Source: Octopus bimaculoides
Lineage: Eukaryota
Direction of reading: 5' to 3'
DNA length: 64,000 nt
Assembly: GCF_001194135.2 (NCBI RefSeq)
Contig: NC_068983.1
Location: 90,101,844 to 90,165,843 of the forward strand
Translations under genes and position numbers: made by a program
The notes under the pieces: generated by a model
Seen by the model: the letters and a program-made list of their open reading frames with translations, nothing else
Told to the model about the DNA's origin: nothing
Database searches by the model: none
Part shown: piece after piece, positions 1 through 14,130 of the stretch
How the letters are laid out: each line of letters starts with the position of its first letter
How positions within the stretch are numbered: position 1 is the stretch's first letter

Positions 1-25
1 TATCGTAGATGGCGTAATAAGTCAT

Positions 26-53
26 ACCCGGACAAGGTCAGGTTATACTGCTA

Positions 54-54
<1 letters not shown>
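26..54 (+). mobile_element. Possible Helitron-like 3' terminus
   Basis: Short imperfect GC hairpin followed 7 nt later by CTAG, then (TA)n. The base after CTAG is C rather than the usual T. Confidence 0.25.
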
Positions 55-103
<49 letters not shown>

Positions 104-224
104 GATGGAATCTCCTGTTGAAGACAATATATGAGCATTCAGCTGTTTTTGCCACACAACCTGCACAAATTATTTGTTTATAGTGATCAAATGCTCATAC
201 CACAGATTTGCTTGCTCTTTCTAT

Positions 225-398
225 CTAATCAACATGAACAGGTCCACTGTGTACCATGCATCAGGTGTCAAAGTGATCACAGAGTAACATGAGATAAAGT
301 GTTTTGCTCAGGAATACAATGCATCATGAAGTCTAAAAATTGAAATCAGGATCGGTAGATTGAGTGCAACACCCTAACCACTAGCCCATGCACCCTCA
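225..398 (-). mobile_element. tRNA-derived SINE fragment
   Basis: Minus strand GGGCTAGTGGTTAGGGTGTTGCACTC (A-box-like) followed by a decayed B-box region. Confidence 0.55.
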
Positions 399-674
399 CA
401 TACACACACACACAAATATGTTGATGCAAATAGGAAAAATAGATTTCAAAATATGAGTAAATGTATATTTTTATTACTTCTGATAAATGTTAATATATAT
501 ATATATATANNNNNNNNNNNNNNNNNNNNNNNNNNNNNNNNNNNNNNNNNNNNNNNNNNNNNNNNNNNNNNNNNNNNNNNNNNNNNNNNNNNNNNNNNNN
601 NNNNNNNNNNNNNNNNNNNNNNNNNNNNNNNNNNNNNNNNNNNNNNNNNNNNNNNNNNNNNNNNNNNCGATCTT

Positions 675-1400
675 ATTACAACAGTATCAGTGCCAAGCAG
701 TGTTTAGGCATAAGCAAACTAGATTAGTTAAAATATGTTTGTGACATATTTCAACTTCTAAAGGCAAATTTACTGCAGTTATCATGGAGAAAAAATATTT
801 TCTTACAGTAAAAAGGTGTAAAAACACCATATCTGTCCAGTGCTGCCCCCTGTTGGATTTCCAAATGGTGCAACTCAGTCAATGTTGTTGACTGTGTTTT
901 ATTTAAAGCTATAGCTTTAATTAAGTCTGTCCAGAGTTTTCTCTCTTTAGTATTTCCCATTGATAATGACTAAAGAGCTAGAAATGTGTTTGGGAATCCG
1001 ACAGGGGAGGGTACAAGACAGATATAGTGTTTTTACACCTTTTTACCGGAAGAGAGATTTCTTTTTTCCTGAGTAACTGCAGTGAATTTGCCATTAGAAG
1101 TTGAAATATGTCTCCAACATATTTTAACTAACCTAAAGTTCACTTATGCCTAAACACTGTGTGGTGCAGACACTGCTGTAATTTTTTCTGACCTGATAGT
1201 TTAATGGCTCAGATCAGTTGATGTTGTTGACTGTATTTTACTTAAAGCTACAGCTATAATTGAGTCTGTCCAGATTTAACTCTCCTCAGTATCTCTCATT
1301 GATAATGGCTAAAGAGCTAGAAATGCATGTGGGAATCTGACAGAGGGCAGCAGCACTGAACATATATGATGTGTTTACATCTTTTTACTATAAGAAAGAA
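675..1400. repeat. Foldback/MITE-like element with about 190-bp inverted arms plus a partial second copy
   Basis: 675-862 is the reverse complement of 992-1182. The core 863-991 is repeated directly at about 1204-1330, followed by part of an arm. Confidence 0.8.
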
Positions 1401-1619
1401 TTTTTTTACTGTTTTGTTTCCCCATTGCAATTTTCTTTCAAAAATCTGTAGTGTTGTAATTTTTCTTTTTCCTAGGTTAAAAAAGCATCTTTTTATCTTT
1501 TATGTTTGTTAGTAATTGGGCTGCAGCCAATCTGGAGCATTACTTTGAAGGGTTTAGTTGAACATATCAGCCCCACTACTTCTAAAACACCAGTTGCTGA
1601 TGTCACCTCAGACTAAACA

Positions 1620-2410
1620 AATGAGATTTTTCTTTGGTCAAAACCAGATCTCGGGAAAAAGAATAAACATCGAGCCAACTGAACCAGTGGCTTCTTAAGG
1701 GAACCAACCAACCGGAACACTAAAACAGGTTACCAACCAACCACAACAGTTACAATCAACCAGAACGCTGAACTTTGCCAAAACAAAAATATTTTGACCC
1801 AAACAAAAGTATTTGACCAAGACAAATGATGTCACTAAACTTACAACCAATCAGAATTTGGTCCTTTACCATTGTCAAAAAGGAATGAAAATGTTTGACA
1901 AACAAATGATATCACCAGTGAACCAACCAACCAGAATACTGGATTTTGCCAAAAAAGAAAAATTTTGACCAAAACATCTATGGGTCAAAAGATGACATCA
2001 TCAAAATTTACAACCAATCAAAACTTGATTCTTTACCATAAAAACATGTATATACGAAATGATTTTTATTTATAACATTTCAAACTTTAACAAGTAAACA
2101 AGATAAAGAAACTTGTGTATTTCAACAGAAATTGAGAAAAGAACTTCGTGCATTATTGTAAAAAAAACATTTTTCTCTCTCTCTATCTTTTTCTCTTTCT
2201 CCCTTATCTTCATCGAACATTTAAATTTATATTACTATCTATCTCTGTGAAACTCATTGAAATTTCTGTGAACATTTGATCGTTTAAACATGTTTTTCTT
2301 AATTATACTTTGTAACTTTAAACTCTCCTAAACCCTTTATTTATTATTACCATTGATAAGCAAAAAATTGTCGAAACCAGTTTGATATTTCAATAAATGT
2401 ATTATAAAAT
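1620..2410 (+). mobile_element. Penelope-like element 3' end / pseudo-LTR remnant
   Basis: Repeated AACCAATCA and TGATGTCA motifs, a pyrimidine-rich tract, a decayed hammerhead-like motif (2348-2387) and AATAAA (2392-2397). Confidence 0.45.
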
Positions 2411-2899
2411 GTTTAAATGACTACATGTTTTGAGATTCAGGTGCATTTTCAAACCTCAAAACAAATTCTCTCACACACACTCTCTCTCATATATAATAAA
2501 AGTTTAAATATTAGTGCAATGTTGGAGCAACATCTCTCTTTGCTAACACATTATGTGTGCCCCCACTGTTTCAATCTAAATGTACATCACTTTCTTCCCT
2601 AGCTAACTGTACTCCTGTTCTGTGAGTAGAGGTTTCTTCCCTCACCCCCTCGTACCCATATACTTGTGTGCATGTGCCTATCACAGTACTGTATAAGTGT
2701 ATGTATGCACTTATGTGGATCTCATACATATGTATATATCAGTGTGGATGTACGTACTTGTGAGTATCTATGTATATATTTAATTCTAAGTGTATGCTTA
2801 TGTGGACTGCATGTTCATATGTGTATATGTATATATATGTAAACATATATAATGTATGTATATATAAACATATAAGATTAATACTGTGTATACATACAT

Positions 2900-2930
<31 letters not shown>

Positions 2931-3179
2931 NNNNNNNNNNNNNNNNNNNNNNNNNNNNNNNNNNNNNNNNNNNNNNNNNNNNNNNNNNNNNNNNNNNNAT
3001 ATACACATAGACATATAAGACTACTTTCATGCCCTTTTTACCCCACTCTTTACTGGACCTTAATTTGGATGCTGTATGGGAGTGAGGAAATTGTACATCA
3101 TTGCTCTATGCTACCTGCCAAGTGTTTGCACAGATCTTCTTTGCAGATACAGACAAAAGCCCCACAACAACTACCTTCC

Positions 3180-6120
3180 CATTATCCCTTCCAAGTACAG
3201 AATTTTAGGGCCACAACCGTCAACATTGGCACAGTGAAGGGGAGATCTGGTGAGATTATCAAAATAATGGAGTATTGCCATGTCGATGTGTGTGGTGGGC
3301 AAGTGAGATAGAATGGGACCTCTGCTAAATTCCACATGGGTAAGAAACAAAGGTTATTACCTAGATAGCATACTCTTAGCAGAAAAGTAGGTAGATAAGG
3401 TAACTGAGGTAGTCAGAGTATGCGATAGGGTAATTAAGTTGAGACTTATCATAGATAGATTAACAGTTACATTTATCTCTGCCTATGCCCCACAGGCTGG
3501 GCTGGCTGATGACCAGAAGGACCAATTCTATGACATCTTTCTGAAGATTACCTCAATGACAAATGAGAGAAACTTAGTTATTGTGGCTGGTGACTTTAAT
3601 GGACATGTTGGTCAGCATTCCCATGGATTCTATGGTTATGGCTTTGGCCCCAGGAATGAGGAGGTAACAAGGCTGCTTGAGTTCTGTGATGCAAATGATC
3701 TCATGATCTGCAACACTAACTTCAGAAAACCAGCCAGCCACCTAATCACTAATCAGTCTGGTGGGAACATAAGCCAGGTTGACAACCTCCTCACCAAGCA
3801 ACAAGATAAGCTGATGTTTACAAATGCAAAGTCTTTCCCAGGTGAAGAGTGTACAGCCCAACATAGGCTACTAGTTAGTGACTGCAGAATTAGAGCTAGA
3901 AATACTTGGAGAAATAAGCCATGCTGGAAAAGAAGATTATGGAAGCTCAAAGATCCAGCAAACCAACAAAAATTTAGAGATATTCTACTGGAAGCTTATG
4001 ATGATGGAGAGGAGGAGGAGGGACAAATAGCTTAGAGGACAACTGGAAGTTCCCGTGGGGCAATTTACTGGGAGCCACTGACCAAATCTTTGGTTGGTGC
4101 AAAGTCCCAGCTAGGCTGAGAGTGATGTGGTGGTGGAATAAGGAGGTGCACAGCACTGTAAAAGCAAAGAGACAGGCCTAGAAAGACTGGAAAAATATTG
4201 GAAGCAGAGCATTATATCAGGGAGGCTAGGTGACAGGTTTACATAGCAAAAGGAATACCAGAAGGTAAGAGGTTTGCTAATGTTCTACAGCGTGAGGTGT
4301 TCAGGATTGCAAAGCAGTGTATCAGAGAGAACAGAGATGTGGTGGGTGAGAAGTGTGGGCAAATAGATAATGGAATACTTGCACTTAGTGACTCAGAGAA
4401 GAAAGATGCATGAAGTTGCCATTATGAAAGGTTATTAAATGTGGAGAATGATTGGAGGAAGGAGAGTCTTTCAAATATCGAATCAATTAAGGGACCAGCC
4501 ATCAGAGTTGATAGTAGTATAATAGATAAGGCAATTATGGATATGAAGCTCCAGGACAATTGGGTATCACTGCCAAGATGATTAAAATATCCGGCTGTAT
4601 GGGATACAGCCAAGTAACTTGCATAGTTAATCAGGTTATTCAGGAAGGCATCATCCCCAATGACTGGTGTAGTAGTATTATAGTTAACTGCTACAAGTGT
4701 AAAGGTGATGCATTAGATACAAACAACTGCAGAGGTATCAAACTGCTAGACTGGATCATGAGAATCACAGAGGAAGTTATAGCTCAATTGATTAGGAATA
4801 GAATTAAACTAGATAAGATGCAATTTGGTTTTGTGCTTGGGATACCATCTTCCTAGTGAGACAATTGCAAGAAAAGCATTTAGTCAAAAGTAAACCATTG
4901 TACTTAGCTTTCATCGACTTGGAGAAAGCTTTAAACAGAACTCCCACTCTCTTATCTGGTGGTCTCTAAGGAAGCTAGAAGTAGAGGAGTGGCTTGTTAC
5001 TGCTGTACAAGCACTGTACATGTACAGTGGTGCTGTCAGTGAGAGTTGGCCTTGAATACAGTGATGAATTTTGCATACAAGTTGGAGTTCACCAGGGATC
5101 AGATCTTAATCCACTCTTATTCATCATAGTTCTTCAGGCCATAACAGATGAATTTAAAGCTGGATGCCCATGGGAACTACTATGTGCTGATGACCTTGCT
5201 CTTATTGCAGAATCTGGAGCAAAATTGGAGAAGTTCCAGGTATGGAAGCAAAACCTGGAATCAAAGAGCCTTAAAGTTAACCTAGCAAAGACTAAAATTG
5301 TTGTTAGCAAGAAAGCAGATAAGACTTTCTTTCCATCAGGTAAATGGCCCTGCTTAATATGTAGGAAAGAGGTGGGAAGTAATTCCAATTGCTGCACCCA
5401 CCGTAAGCTATGGATGCATAAGAGATGCAGTGGAATCACAGGTGGGTTAACAGATAAGGTTGCTTTTGTGTGTGGTAGATATGCAAGAACAATAAGCACT
5501 AAGAGCACATGGAACTTAGACTCTAAATGTCTAGGAGGCTCTCTTGAGGTTGTAGATAGTTTCTGCTGCTTAAGTGACCAAATTAGAAATGATGGTGGAT
5601 TCTTTGAAAATATTTTTCTAGAATAAGAATAGGATAAAGGAAGTTCAGAGAGCTACTACCTCTGTTAGCAACAAAAGGACTCTCTCCCAGATATTGTATG
5701 ATACTTGTGTACAAATGGCTATATTCAATGGTAGTGAGACATGGACTCTGAATGTGGAAGATATGCATAGATTGGAGAGGAATGAAGGTAGTATGCTCTG
5801 TTGGATTTGCAACATCAGTGTGCATAACCAACAAAGCATAACTGTGTTGAGAGAAAAGTTAGGCATAAGAGGAATTAAATGTGGCATGCAGGGGAAGAGA
5901 ATGTGTTGGTTTGGATCAGTGATGTATGTGAATGAAGAAGTGCCTATGAATGAAAGTAGATGGTACCAGTGGAAGAGAGAGACCCAGGAAGACATGGGAT
6001 GAAGTGGTAAGAACTGATCTCAGTATGTTAGGACTCACGGAGGAAGTGACAATGGACCGAAATATCTGATAATATGAAGTTCTAGAGAAGATCTGCCCAT
6101 GTCAGTGAAACTGAGTGCTA
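3180..6120 (+). mobile_element. RTE-clade LINE, near full length, disrupted
   Basis: APE endonuclease motifs (TVNIGTVKGRSGE, ISAYAPQ, VAGDFNGHVG), RT motifs (GIKLLD, GVHQGSDLNPLLF, CADDLAL) and the C-terminal GSETWTL, across several frameshifts and stops. Confidence 0.93.
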
Positions 6121-6549
6121 GAAGCATTGTGTCCCACCCACATGTAACAACAATTTTTTCACACACTCTACCCCAAAAAAACTGAACTGCATCTCCTCTT
6201 CTAAACTGCATCTTTCTCTTCTTCACATTTCCTCTTCAAACACAGATTGTCTCCTGGTCTTCTTCCCTACCCTTACTGCCCTGCTCCCTGTATTGCTACT
6301 CCCCACCCCCATCTTAATACCCAGGTTTTCACCGGTTATTACAATCCCCACTCCCTCCTTACGTCTTCTTGGCAATACCTGACTGCATATATTTTGATCT
6401 TGAGGGCATGCCTTGGCAATTGTCAACATTTATATCTCTCTTCCTTACTCTACCATCACATCAATGCTCTGATCCTTGTTGCTTGTGAGTATACCCAGAC
6501 ACTTCACCACCACCTCCCTCCTGCTCTCTCCTGCACCTTTGCTGTTTCC

Positions 6550-6650
<101 letters not shown>

Positions 6651-6748
6651 TCTTCCTTCTGGCTTTGCAGCCATGTATCTCCTCTACAACAGCACACTTG
6701 TTTCTGCCCTCATTCTTGATCACTCTCTCTCTCCTTCTCTGGCTTTTT

Positions 6749-9700
6749 TTAAATATCCTGGTGTTGGATATTTAATTTAATGGTGCAGTGGGGAAAGGAA
6801 GTATTTACATGACACAGTACAATTACTATTACACAAGACTCGACACTCTAAATCAATGGATCACAGTGAACTGCTTACCAATCCAAACTTCCAATTGCTC
6901 ACAGTTCTTTTTTTTATAACACTGAGTCAGTCCACTTTTAGTCACTTGGTGGGGTGGCTGGAATTCTTCCACAACATTTCTCCTTTTTAGAATTAGTCTC
7001 CCCTAAGTTCTCCCCTTTTGAGAATTAAACTCCACTCAGTGTTTTAATATCTGTTGTGCTAAGGGTTCAATTCCAGTATTTCCATTCTTTTCCATTTTCT
7101 GTGTAGTTTCTAATTGTTTGAATGTTAGTACTTCAAACATATCATACAATACTTCCATTTCTCATGACTGTTTTTTTCATGAATCTTTTTTAAGTTGGTT
7201 AATATGCCTTTTATGTTTGACATTTTTCCTTTTACCAGGAATAACATTCTTCCAATTAGTTTAATAATTACACTGTCCTCCCAGCTTTCTTTTACCATAT
7301 CTATAGGTTTTTAAAAAAACTTTGTCTCCTAACTCAAAGAATTTTGAAGTATATTTGTTGTTTGCCTTTTTTCTATTTTCACTTGGTATCAACTTATCAA
7401 AGATGGATCTGATCTTTCCAACAAACATCAATTCTGCAGGTGAAATTTCAGAAGAGTTATTCAGATTAGGTGTTGCTCAGAAAATTCTTAGAAATTGTTG
7501 AAGTGCAAGATTGTCCATTACCTCATTGTTCACTTTTTTCAATGCCCTCTTGAAAGTGTCAACAAGACACTCTGCTTGTCCATTTGACCTAGGATGATAC
7601 AGTGGAGTGGTGACATGTTTGATGATGAACATTTTACAAAATTTTCTGAATTCATCTGAAGTAAACTGAGTTCCATTATTAGACACAATGGTATCAGGAA
7701 TACCATACCTGGCAAACAATTCGTGTAAAAAGCTTACTGTAACTGAAGATGTGGGTTTTTTACATTCATGCATTTCCAGCCACTTTGAATAACTGTCCAC
7801 CACAACAAGCTAACATGCACCTTTAAGTGGACGTCCATAATCAACATGCAGTCTGGACGATGGAATATGTTTTTGGCCATTGTTGCCATTTAATGGTAGG
7901 TATTTTTGCAGCTAAGGCACACCCTCTGCATACTTTCACTGATTTTTCAATGTCATTGTCCATTGTTGGCCAATATACATAACTTCTCATTAACAATTTC
8001 ATTCTTGAAATCCCTGCGTGATTAACATGAAATTCCTTTAAAAATCGCTTTTGTAGTATGGCTGACACTACAACTCTTTGTACGTACATCAACACATAGT
8101 CACACATTGAGAAATGGTTCGTATTTGTGTTTCACATATTTATATCTCTTTTAGCCTTCAGAATTTTTTTCATTTTTTTAAATGAATTTATCATTTTTTG
8201 GTTTTAATTATGTCTTGTAAAGTAATTAGTAGTTTGCATATGACATTACACAAAACATTTAAAATATTTCCACTCATAAAGCAGCAATCACGGTATCTTT
8301 AAATGGTTCAGCATTTTTTAAAATCAGTCTTGATAAACAAACGGCATGACCTAATTTCTTGGATGGTATATATTCCATCTTAAAATCATACTTTAATAAT
8401 ATCATACCCCAGTGTTGCAATCTGTTAGCAGTATGGGTAGGGGTTCCTTTCTTTGACCGATATATTGATAATAACAGATGACGATGAGTCTGTAGTCCAA
8501 ATTTTCTACGATGTAAAAATCTGTGAAATTTTTTTATGGCAAAAATAATCACCAGAGCCTCTTTTTCGACTTGACTGTAATTTTCCTCTGCTGATATCAG
8601 AGAATGTGAGACATGAACCTCTGCCTTCATGTTACCATCTTTATATTTATGTAGCATTACTGCTCCTATACCATACTCAAAGGTATCTGAAGCTACAACA
8701 ATCTCCATTGCAGGATTGAAGTGTGCTAACAACAAAGCAGATATTAATATTTTTTTAAATTTCATTAAGTGCCTTTCGACAACTTTCTGACCAATTCCAT
8801 TTCACATCTTTTTTAACAGATTATTCAGTGGAACCCTCACTTTATACATATTTGGAATATAATTTTGGTAATAATTTACCAGTCCCAAAAAATTTTGTAA
8901 GGTTGCAATATTTGTCTGAGGGGGCATATTTATAATTGTGTCTGCCCTCAACGGATCTGGTCAACATCCATTTCTGTCAATGATTTGTCCTAAATATCTT
9001 ATTTTTTGGCCAAAAAATTCACTTTTCTTCACTCAAAGTAAAGCCATAATCCCTTCTTTTTTTAAACACTTATTTTATGTGCTCTACGTGTTAGTCCCTG
9101 GATCTACTTTTAATGAGTATATTGTCTAGATATGGAATTGTGAATTCACAATCTGCTAACATTGCATCCATAATCTGTTGAAAAATCACTGTGTGTTAAT
9201 TGTTAGGTATTTAGTGCATTCATCGTCTACTTTAATTTATAGGTACATGTCAGAGAGATCCAATTGAGAAAATATCATGCCACCATTTAAAATACCCTCC
9301 AGAGTAGGTAGCAGATAGTGAAACACCTTAAGACATTCATTTATGTCAGTGGAAAAATCAGCACACACTCTGATTTTATTATTCTATTTTTTTTAACGTA
9401 TACAGTTGGTGATGCCCATTGAGAGTATTCCACTTTTTGGATAACTCCAATTTTTTCTAGTCTCTCTAACTCTATGTTTATCTAACACTGCAAATGATAC
9501 AGTTCGTTTTTGGTTAAATGTCAGTATGGCATTTTCTATTATTTGAAACTTCACCTTCGTTTTGGTGCACAGGCCTAGTTTATCAGAGAGAACCTCAGGA
9601 GAAATCTTTAAAATCTTTTAAAAAATTTATCTGACTTATTTGTACTATTGGAAAAAGCATTCATTCACATTTTTACAGAAAAGATTGATGGGGAGATCCC

Positions 9701-11263
9701 ATAAGTTATAAAATTCCATCAAATCAATTCCGAATAAATTTGTCATATCATTCAAAACAGAAACTTTGGCTTTTAAGGTTTTTTGAAGAAATGTAATGTC
9801 ACTTATCAATTTGCCTTTAAAATATCATTTTTTTCCTGAAACACCACAGGCAATTTTCAAAGTTTCATTTAATCTAGGTTTCCCAGTTTTTTTCCATGTA
9901 TCTGTGTTAATTATCAAGATATCACTGCCATATCCAATTGTAACTTTACATTTGTGTTATTTATTTTTACATACACAAATTTCCTTTGAGGCTCGTTTAT
10001 ATTTCTTGTCACCAATAACCTGTCTATGTGATTTTTTCAGTTAAACCATTTTTTAGGTTTTGCTTTACAGTCTGATTTTTTATGACCTATCTTACCACAC
10101 TTTAAGCATTTTATATTTCTAAACAGACAGTTACTTTTAAAAACTAATGCACCCATAACATGGATTCAATTTTGACATTTTTTTTCTCTTTTTCTTATCC
10201 ATTACTGGTCAACATGCCTGAATACAAGAGCAATCCTTTTCTTCAATTTTATTTGTATTATTTCATAGATTTATAATCCTCTGACATTCTTCTGCTATTG
10301 CCTGTAGAGTTAAATTTTGGTCCTGTTCTAATTTTGTTAATATCCAGGTATGTATATCTGCATCTTTGCTTGCAGTAAGCCCTTGAACAAAAATTAAACA
10401 CTTGAACATGTCCAGGGTTAACTCATTCAATTTAAATTGCTCACACTTTCTGTTAACAATTTCGGCATAGGTGATGAAATCTTCATCTTTTTTGACCAAA
10501 TTCAAATATTGCCAGCAAGTATTGAACAGGGAATTTCTTTCACTGAAATTTTTTTATAAAAAATTAATTTGCTTCATCTAAACAAATCTCACCTGGTTTC
10601 TTCAGCAGAATGAAGTTACTATATTCTTTTGTGTTCAGCAGGAGATAACTTTCTTAAAAGTAGGCCACCTTTTTCTCGTCAGTCCAACTTTTAAATTCTT
10701 CTTTGAAGATTTCTTTGTATCTTTGAAAATATGCAGAGAAGGTAACCCCTTCTTCTGAATTATAGCAGAAATCTTCAATTAAGTTTGCTATGCTGTCTGG
10801 TGAGTACAATCCTGAAGTATTTTCAGACTTCTTTAACATTAATTCCTGTAACTGTTGGTTTTTTTTGTTGTTGCTGTTATAGCTGTAGTTGCTGCTGTTG
10901 CTGCAGCTGTTGCAGTTGCAACTGCACCATGGAGGCCAATAAATTTTCCATGTTAAAATGATTTTTTCTTTGGTTTTGTACAAAAAAAAAAAAAATTTTA
11001 ATGTCCAACACAAGATTCAAACAACCCATCGCCACTTTTATATCCTGGTACTAGATATGTAATTTAACGAAGCAAGAGGGAACGAAAGTATTTGCATAGA
11101 GCAATATGATTACTATTACACAAAACTCAACACTCTCAATCAATGGCTCACAGTGAACTGCTTACCAAATCCAAACTGCCAATCGCTCACAGTTCTTTAT
11201 TTTATAACAATGAGTCAGTCCCTCTTCAGTCACTTGTGGGGTGATTGGAATCATTCCACAACA
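6749..11263 (-). mobile_element. Ty3/Gypsy LTR retrotransposon, structurally complete but dead
   Basis: LTRs at about 6749-6976 and 11037-11263 (start TGTTGTGG, roughly 80-85% identical by eye); PBS TGGCGATGGG at 11034; PPT AAAAAGGAGAAA at 6977-6988. Order gag, PR, RT (YLDD changed to YLDN), RNase H (DTFEYGIGAV), integrase (HAGISRMK, SDNGTQF-like, YHPRSNGQAE). Possible TSD CTTTT/CTTTC. Confidence 0.92.
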
Positions 11264-11654
11264 CTTTCCTCTCTGGTTAGGTAACCAAGTATCTCCTTTA
11301 TGTCAATGCACCTATTTTTGTTCTCTTTCTTGTACCTTGCTCTCCTTCCTCCCTCTCTCTTTCCTTTCTTTTCATCTCCCTCTCTCCCTCTCTCTTCCTC
11401 TCTCTTCTCTCTTTCTCTGGCTGGGTAACCATGTACCTCTATAGCAAGACACCTGTTTCAACCTCTCTGTTTCTTTGTCACACTCTAACCTTTCATCATC
11501 AAATTCAAGATTACCTCCTCCAATTCCCCTTTCTCTATTGCAAGACACCTGTTTTTGCTTCTGTCTCTGTTACACTAACCTTTTATCATCTCACACAAGA
11601 ATCCCTCCTCCAATGCTTCCTCTCCTCTCAAAATTCCTTGCCTTACAGGTTACT

Positions 11655-11955
11655 TGGTGACCCTGCTGGTGCTGGTGCCACGTAAAAAGCATCCAGTCTA
11701 CACTGCAATGTGGTTGGCATTTGGAAGGGCATCAAGCTGTAAAAATGATGCCAAAATTGACCTTGCCTGTGCTGGTGCCACGTAAAAAGCACTGAGTCCA
11801 CTCTGGAGAGTGGTTGGTGTTAGAAAGGGCATTCAGCCATGAAAACCTTGCCAAAACAGACACAGTAGCCTGGAAGTCTTCTACATAGGCAGCACCTATC
11901 AACCATCCTATCCATGCATGCATGGAAGAGGGATGCTTAACGATGATGATGATGA
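11655..11955 (+). mobile_element. 5'-truncated RTE 3'UTR copy with internal duplication and (GAT)n tail
   Basis: GCTGGTGCCACGTAAAAAGCA occurs twice, then GGAAGGGCATC, palindrome CCATGCATGCATGG and a GAT tail; same modules as the 3' end of the RTE at 37757. Confidence 0.75.
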
Positions 11956-12191
11956 TTTAACTTCCTCTCGACAATGGAACTGCTAACTACTATAATCCTC
12001 TGCTAAGAATCTACCTGAACTTTTCCCTGTCTGAGGTTGGAATAGTCTGCTAATATATAGAAAGCTCATCTTTGTCCACTGAGAAATGCACCATGTGAAC
12101 ATCTATTCTGAAATCCACTGTAAGAGACTTTCTGCACAACTTACTGCAATGATGCAATCTATTCTATCCTAACAGCTCTATTGTTAACAGC

Positions 12192-12224
<33 letters not shown>

Positions 12225-12659
12225 NNNNNNNNNNNNNNNNNNNNNNNNNNNNNNNNNNNNNNNNNNNNNNNNNNNNNNNNNNNNNNNNNNNNNNNNNNNN
12301 NNNNNNNNNNNNNNNNNNNNNNNNNNNNNNNNNNNNNNNNNATAATTAATTAATTAATTAATTACTGAAGGATAAAACCAATTAATGATTCTATCAAGTG
12401 GCTAGCATGTTAACTCCATTTAGGAAAACATTTATCCTGATATATAATTATCCCAGAACGCATAAAAAATGTAAGCAAGTGTAAATTGTGTGCTGGTGCC
12501 ATGAGAAATTTTTTTAGGTAGAGAATATAGAAACACATGTAAAACTGATAACTATATGATCCAACCAAAATATCTCAGTTATGCAAATGTAAACAGAATT
12601 ACGATTTAGTCTCATAATACATCATACATATTCAAAGAACCTTCTTGGTTTAGTGGAAC

Positions 12660-12875
12660 AGAATGTTCTTCTGGTATTCTTTTATTCTTTTACTTGGTTC
12701 AGTCATTTGACAGTGGTCATGTTGTCAAAGAAATCGATCCCTAGATTTATTCCCTCTAAGCCTGGTGCTTATTCTATCAGTCTCTTCTGCCGAACACCTA
12801 AGTTACGGGGATGCAAACACACCAACATCGGTTGTCAAACAATAGTGGTGGTGGGGACAAACACACACACACATA
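12660..12875 (-). mobile_element. SINE 3' half (same family as 55370-55757)
   Basis: Shares TTGACAACCGATGTTGGTGTGTTT...GATAGAATAAG...TGACTGAA with other copies. Confidence 0.7.
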
Positions 12876-12888
12876 AAAATATAATATA

Positions 12889-14130
12889 TTAGGTTGTTCC
12901 AAAAATAGTGGCCAATTTCAGAAACATAACTTTATTCTGGAAAAATTAACACTAGAAATGTTTTGATTAGTCAAAGTATGAATTGTGAACATCTATGCAT
13001 CTCTGCCATCGATCAATGAGATTATTTATGCCTCATTGATGAAAACTTATTGGCTTTGATGCTAAGAAATCTTTGAAAGCTGATTCCAACTCTGGTTTGG
13101 ACCTGAAAGTTTTATCACTTAAAAACGTGTTTAAATGCTTTAAAAAATGGTAGTCAGTAGGTGAAAGAACAGGAGAATATGGAGGATGTGGTAAAGTCTC
13201 ATATTCCAAGTCCGTGAGTTTCTGCAGCATCATTCTTGCAGCATGTGGCTTTGCATTATCATTGAGCAGAATTGAGCCATGCCAATTCACCAATGCAGGT
13301 CTCATTTCTTGCAAGTGAGCATACATTTCAGCGAGTTGATTACAGTAAACCTGTGCTGTAATGCTTCCAGAAAGCTGTAATGGACAACACCAATTGCAGA
13401 CCACCAGACAGTCACCATAATCTTTTGCTGATGCAACTTTGGCTTTGGGAAATGTTTGAGGAGATCTCATCATGATCAAGCCATTGACCTGATCATTTAC
13501 GGTTATCATAAAGGATCCACTTTTTGTCACAAGTGATTATTCAGTCAAGAAAAGGATTATTGGTGTTTCGCAAAAGAGCATCGAGCACACTTCAAAATGC
13601 CAAACTTCTTGATTTTCATTGAGCTCATGCGGTGCCTATTTATTGTGTAAGATAGTTGCAATACCAGCACCAAATGTCTGGGACATTTCTCTGATACTTT
13701 GACGTGGGTTTTGTTCAACAATTGCTTTCAGTTGTTCATTGTCAAGACTGCATGACCATCCTCTACCCTCTTCATCTTCAAGGCTCTCATCACTACTATG
13801 GAATTTCTGAAACCACCTTCATACTGTGCAATCACTTGTGGACCTCTCTCCCCATGCTCTGTTGATATTGGCAGCAGTTTGGGAGATATTGTGCCCTAGC
13901 TTGAACTCATGCAAGAAAAGTAAGCAAAGGTCCTTTTTTGTCGTGTTCATAATTAAGGGTACCTATGCTTCAAGAATGTTTTCTGTCTGAAATAAGTGGA
14001 AAATCATTAAAGAGCATACATCAATTATTAAGTATGTTGAAATTCACCGAAAATATTAATAAAATACTATGATAAAATTGTGTTTCAAAACACAACACTT
14101 AGAGCAGCCATTATTTTCGGAACAACCAAA
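12889..14130 (-). mobile_element. mariner (DD34D) transposon, decayed
   Basis: TIRs TTAGGTTGTTCCAAAAATAGTGGC / TTTGGTTGTTCCGAAAATAATGGC flanked by TA. Transposase fragment DNAKPH...HPPYSPVLSPTDYHF has 34 residues between the second and third Asp. Confidence 0.92.

Noticed and set aside
10860-10940. Poly-Q-like CAG/CAA tract
   Set aside because: It is the N-terminus of the Gypsy gag and contains a stop; not a host polyglutamine gene.
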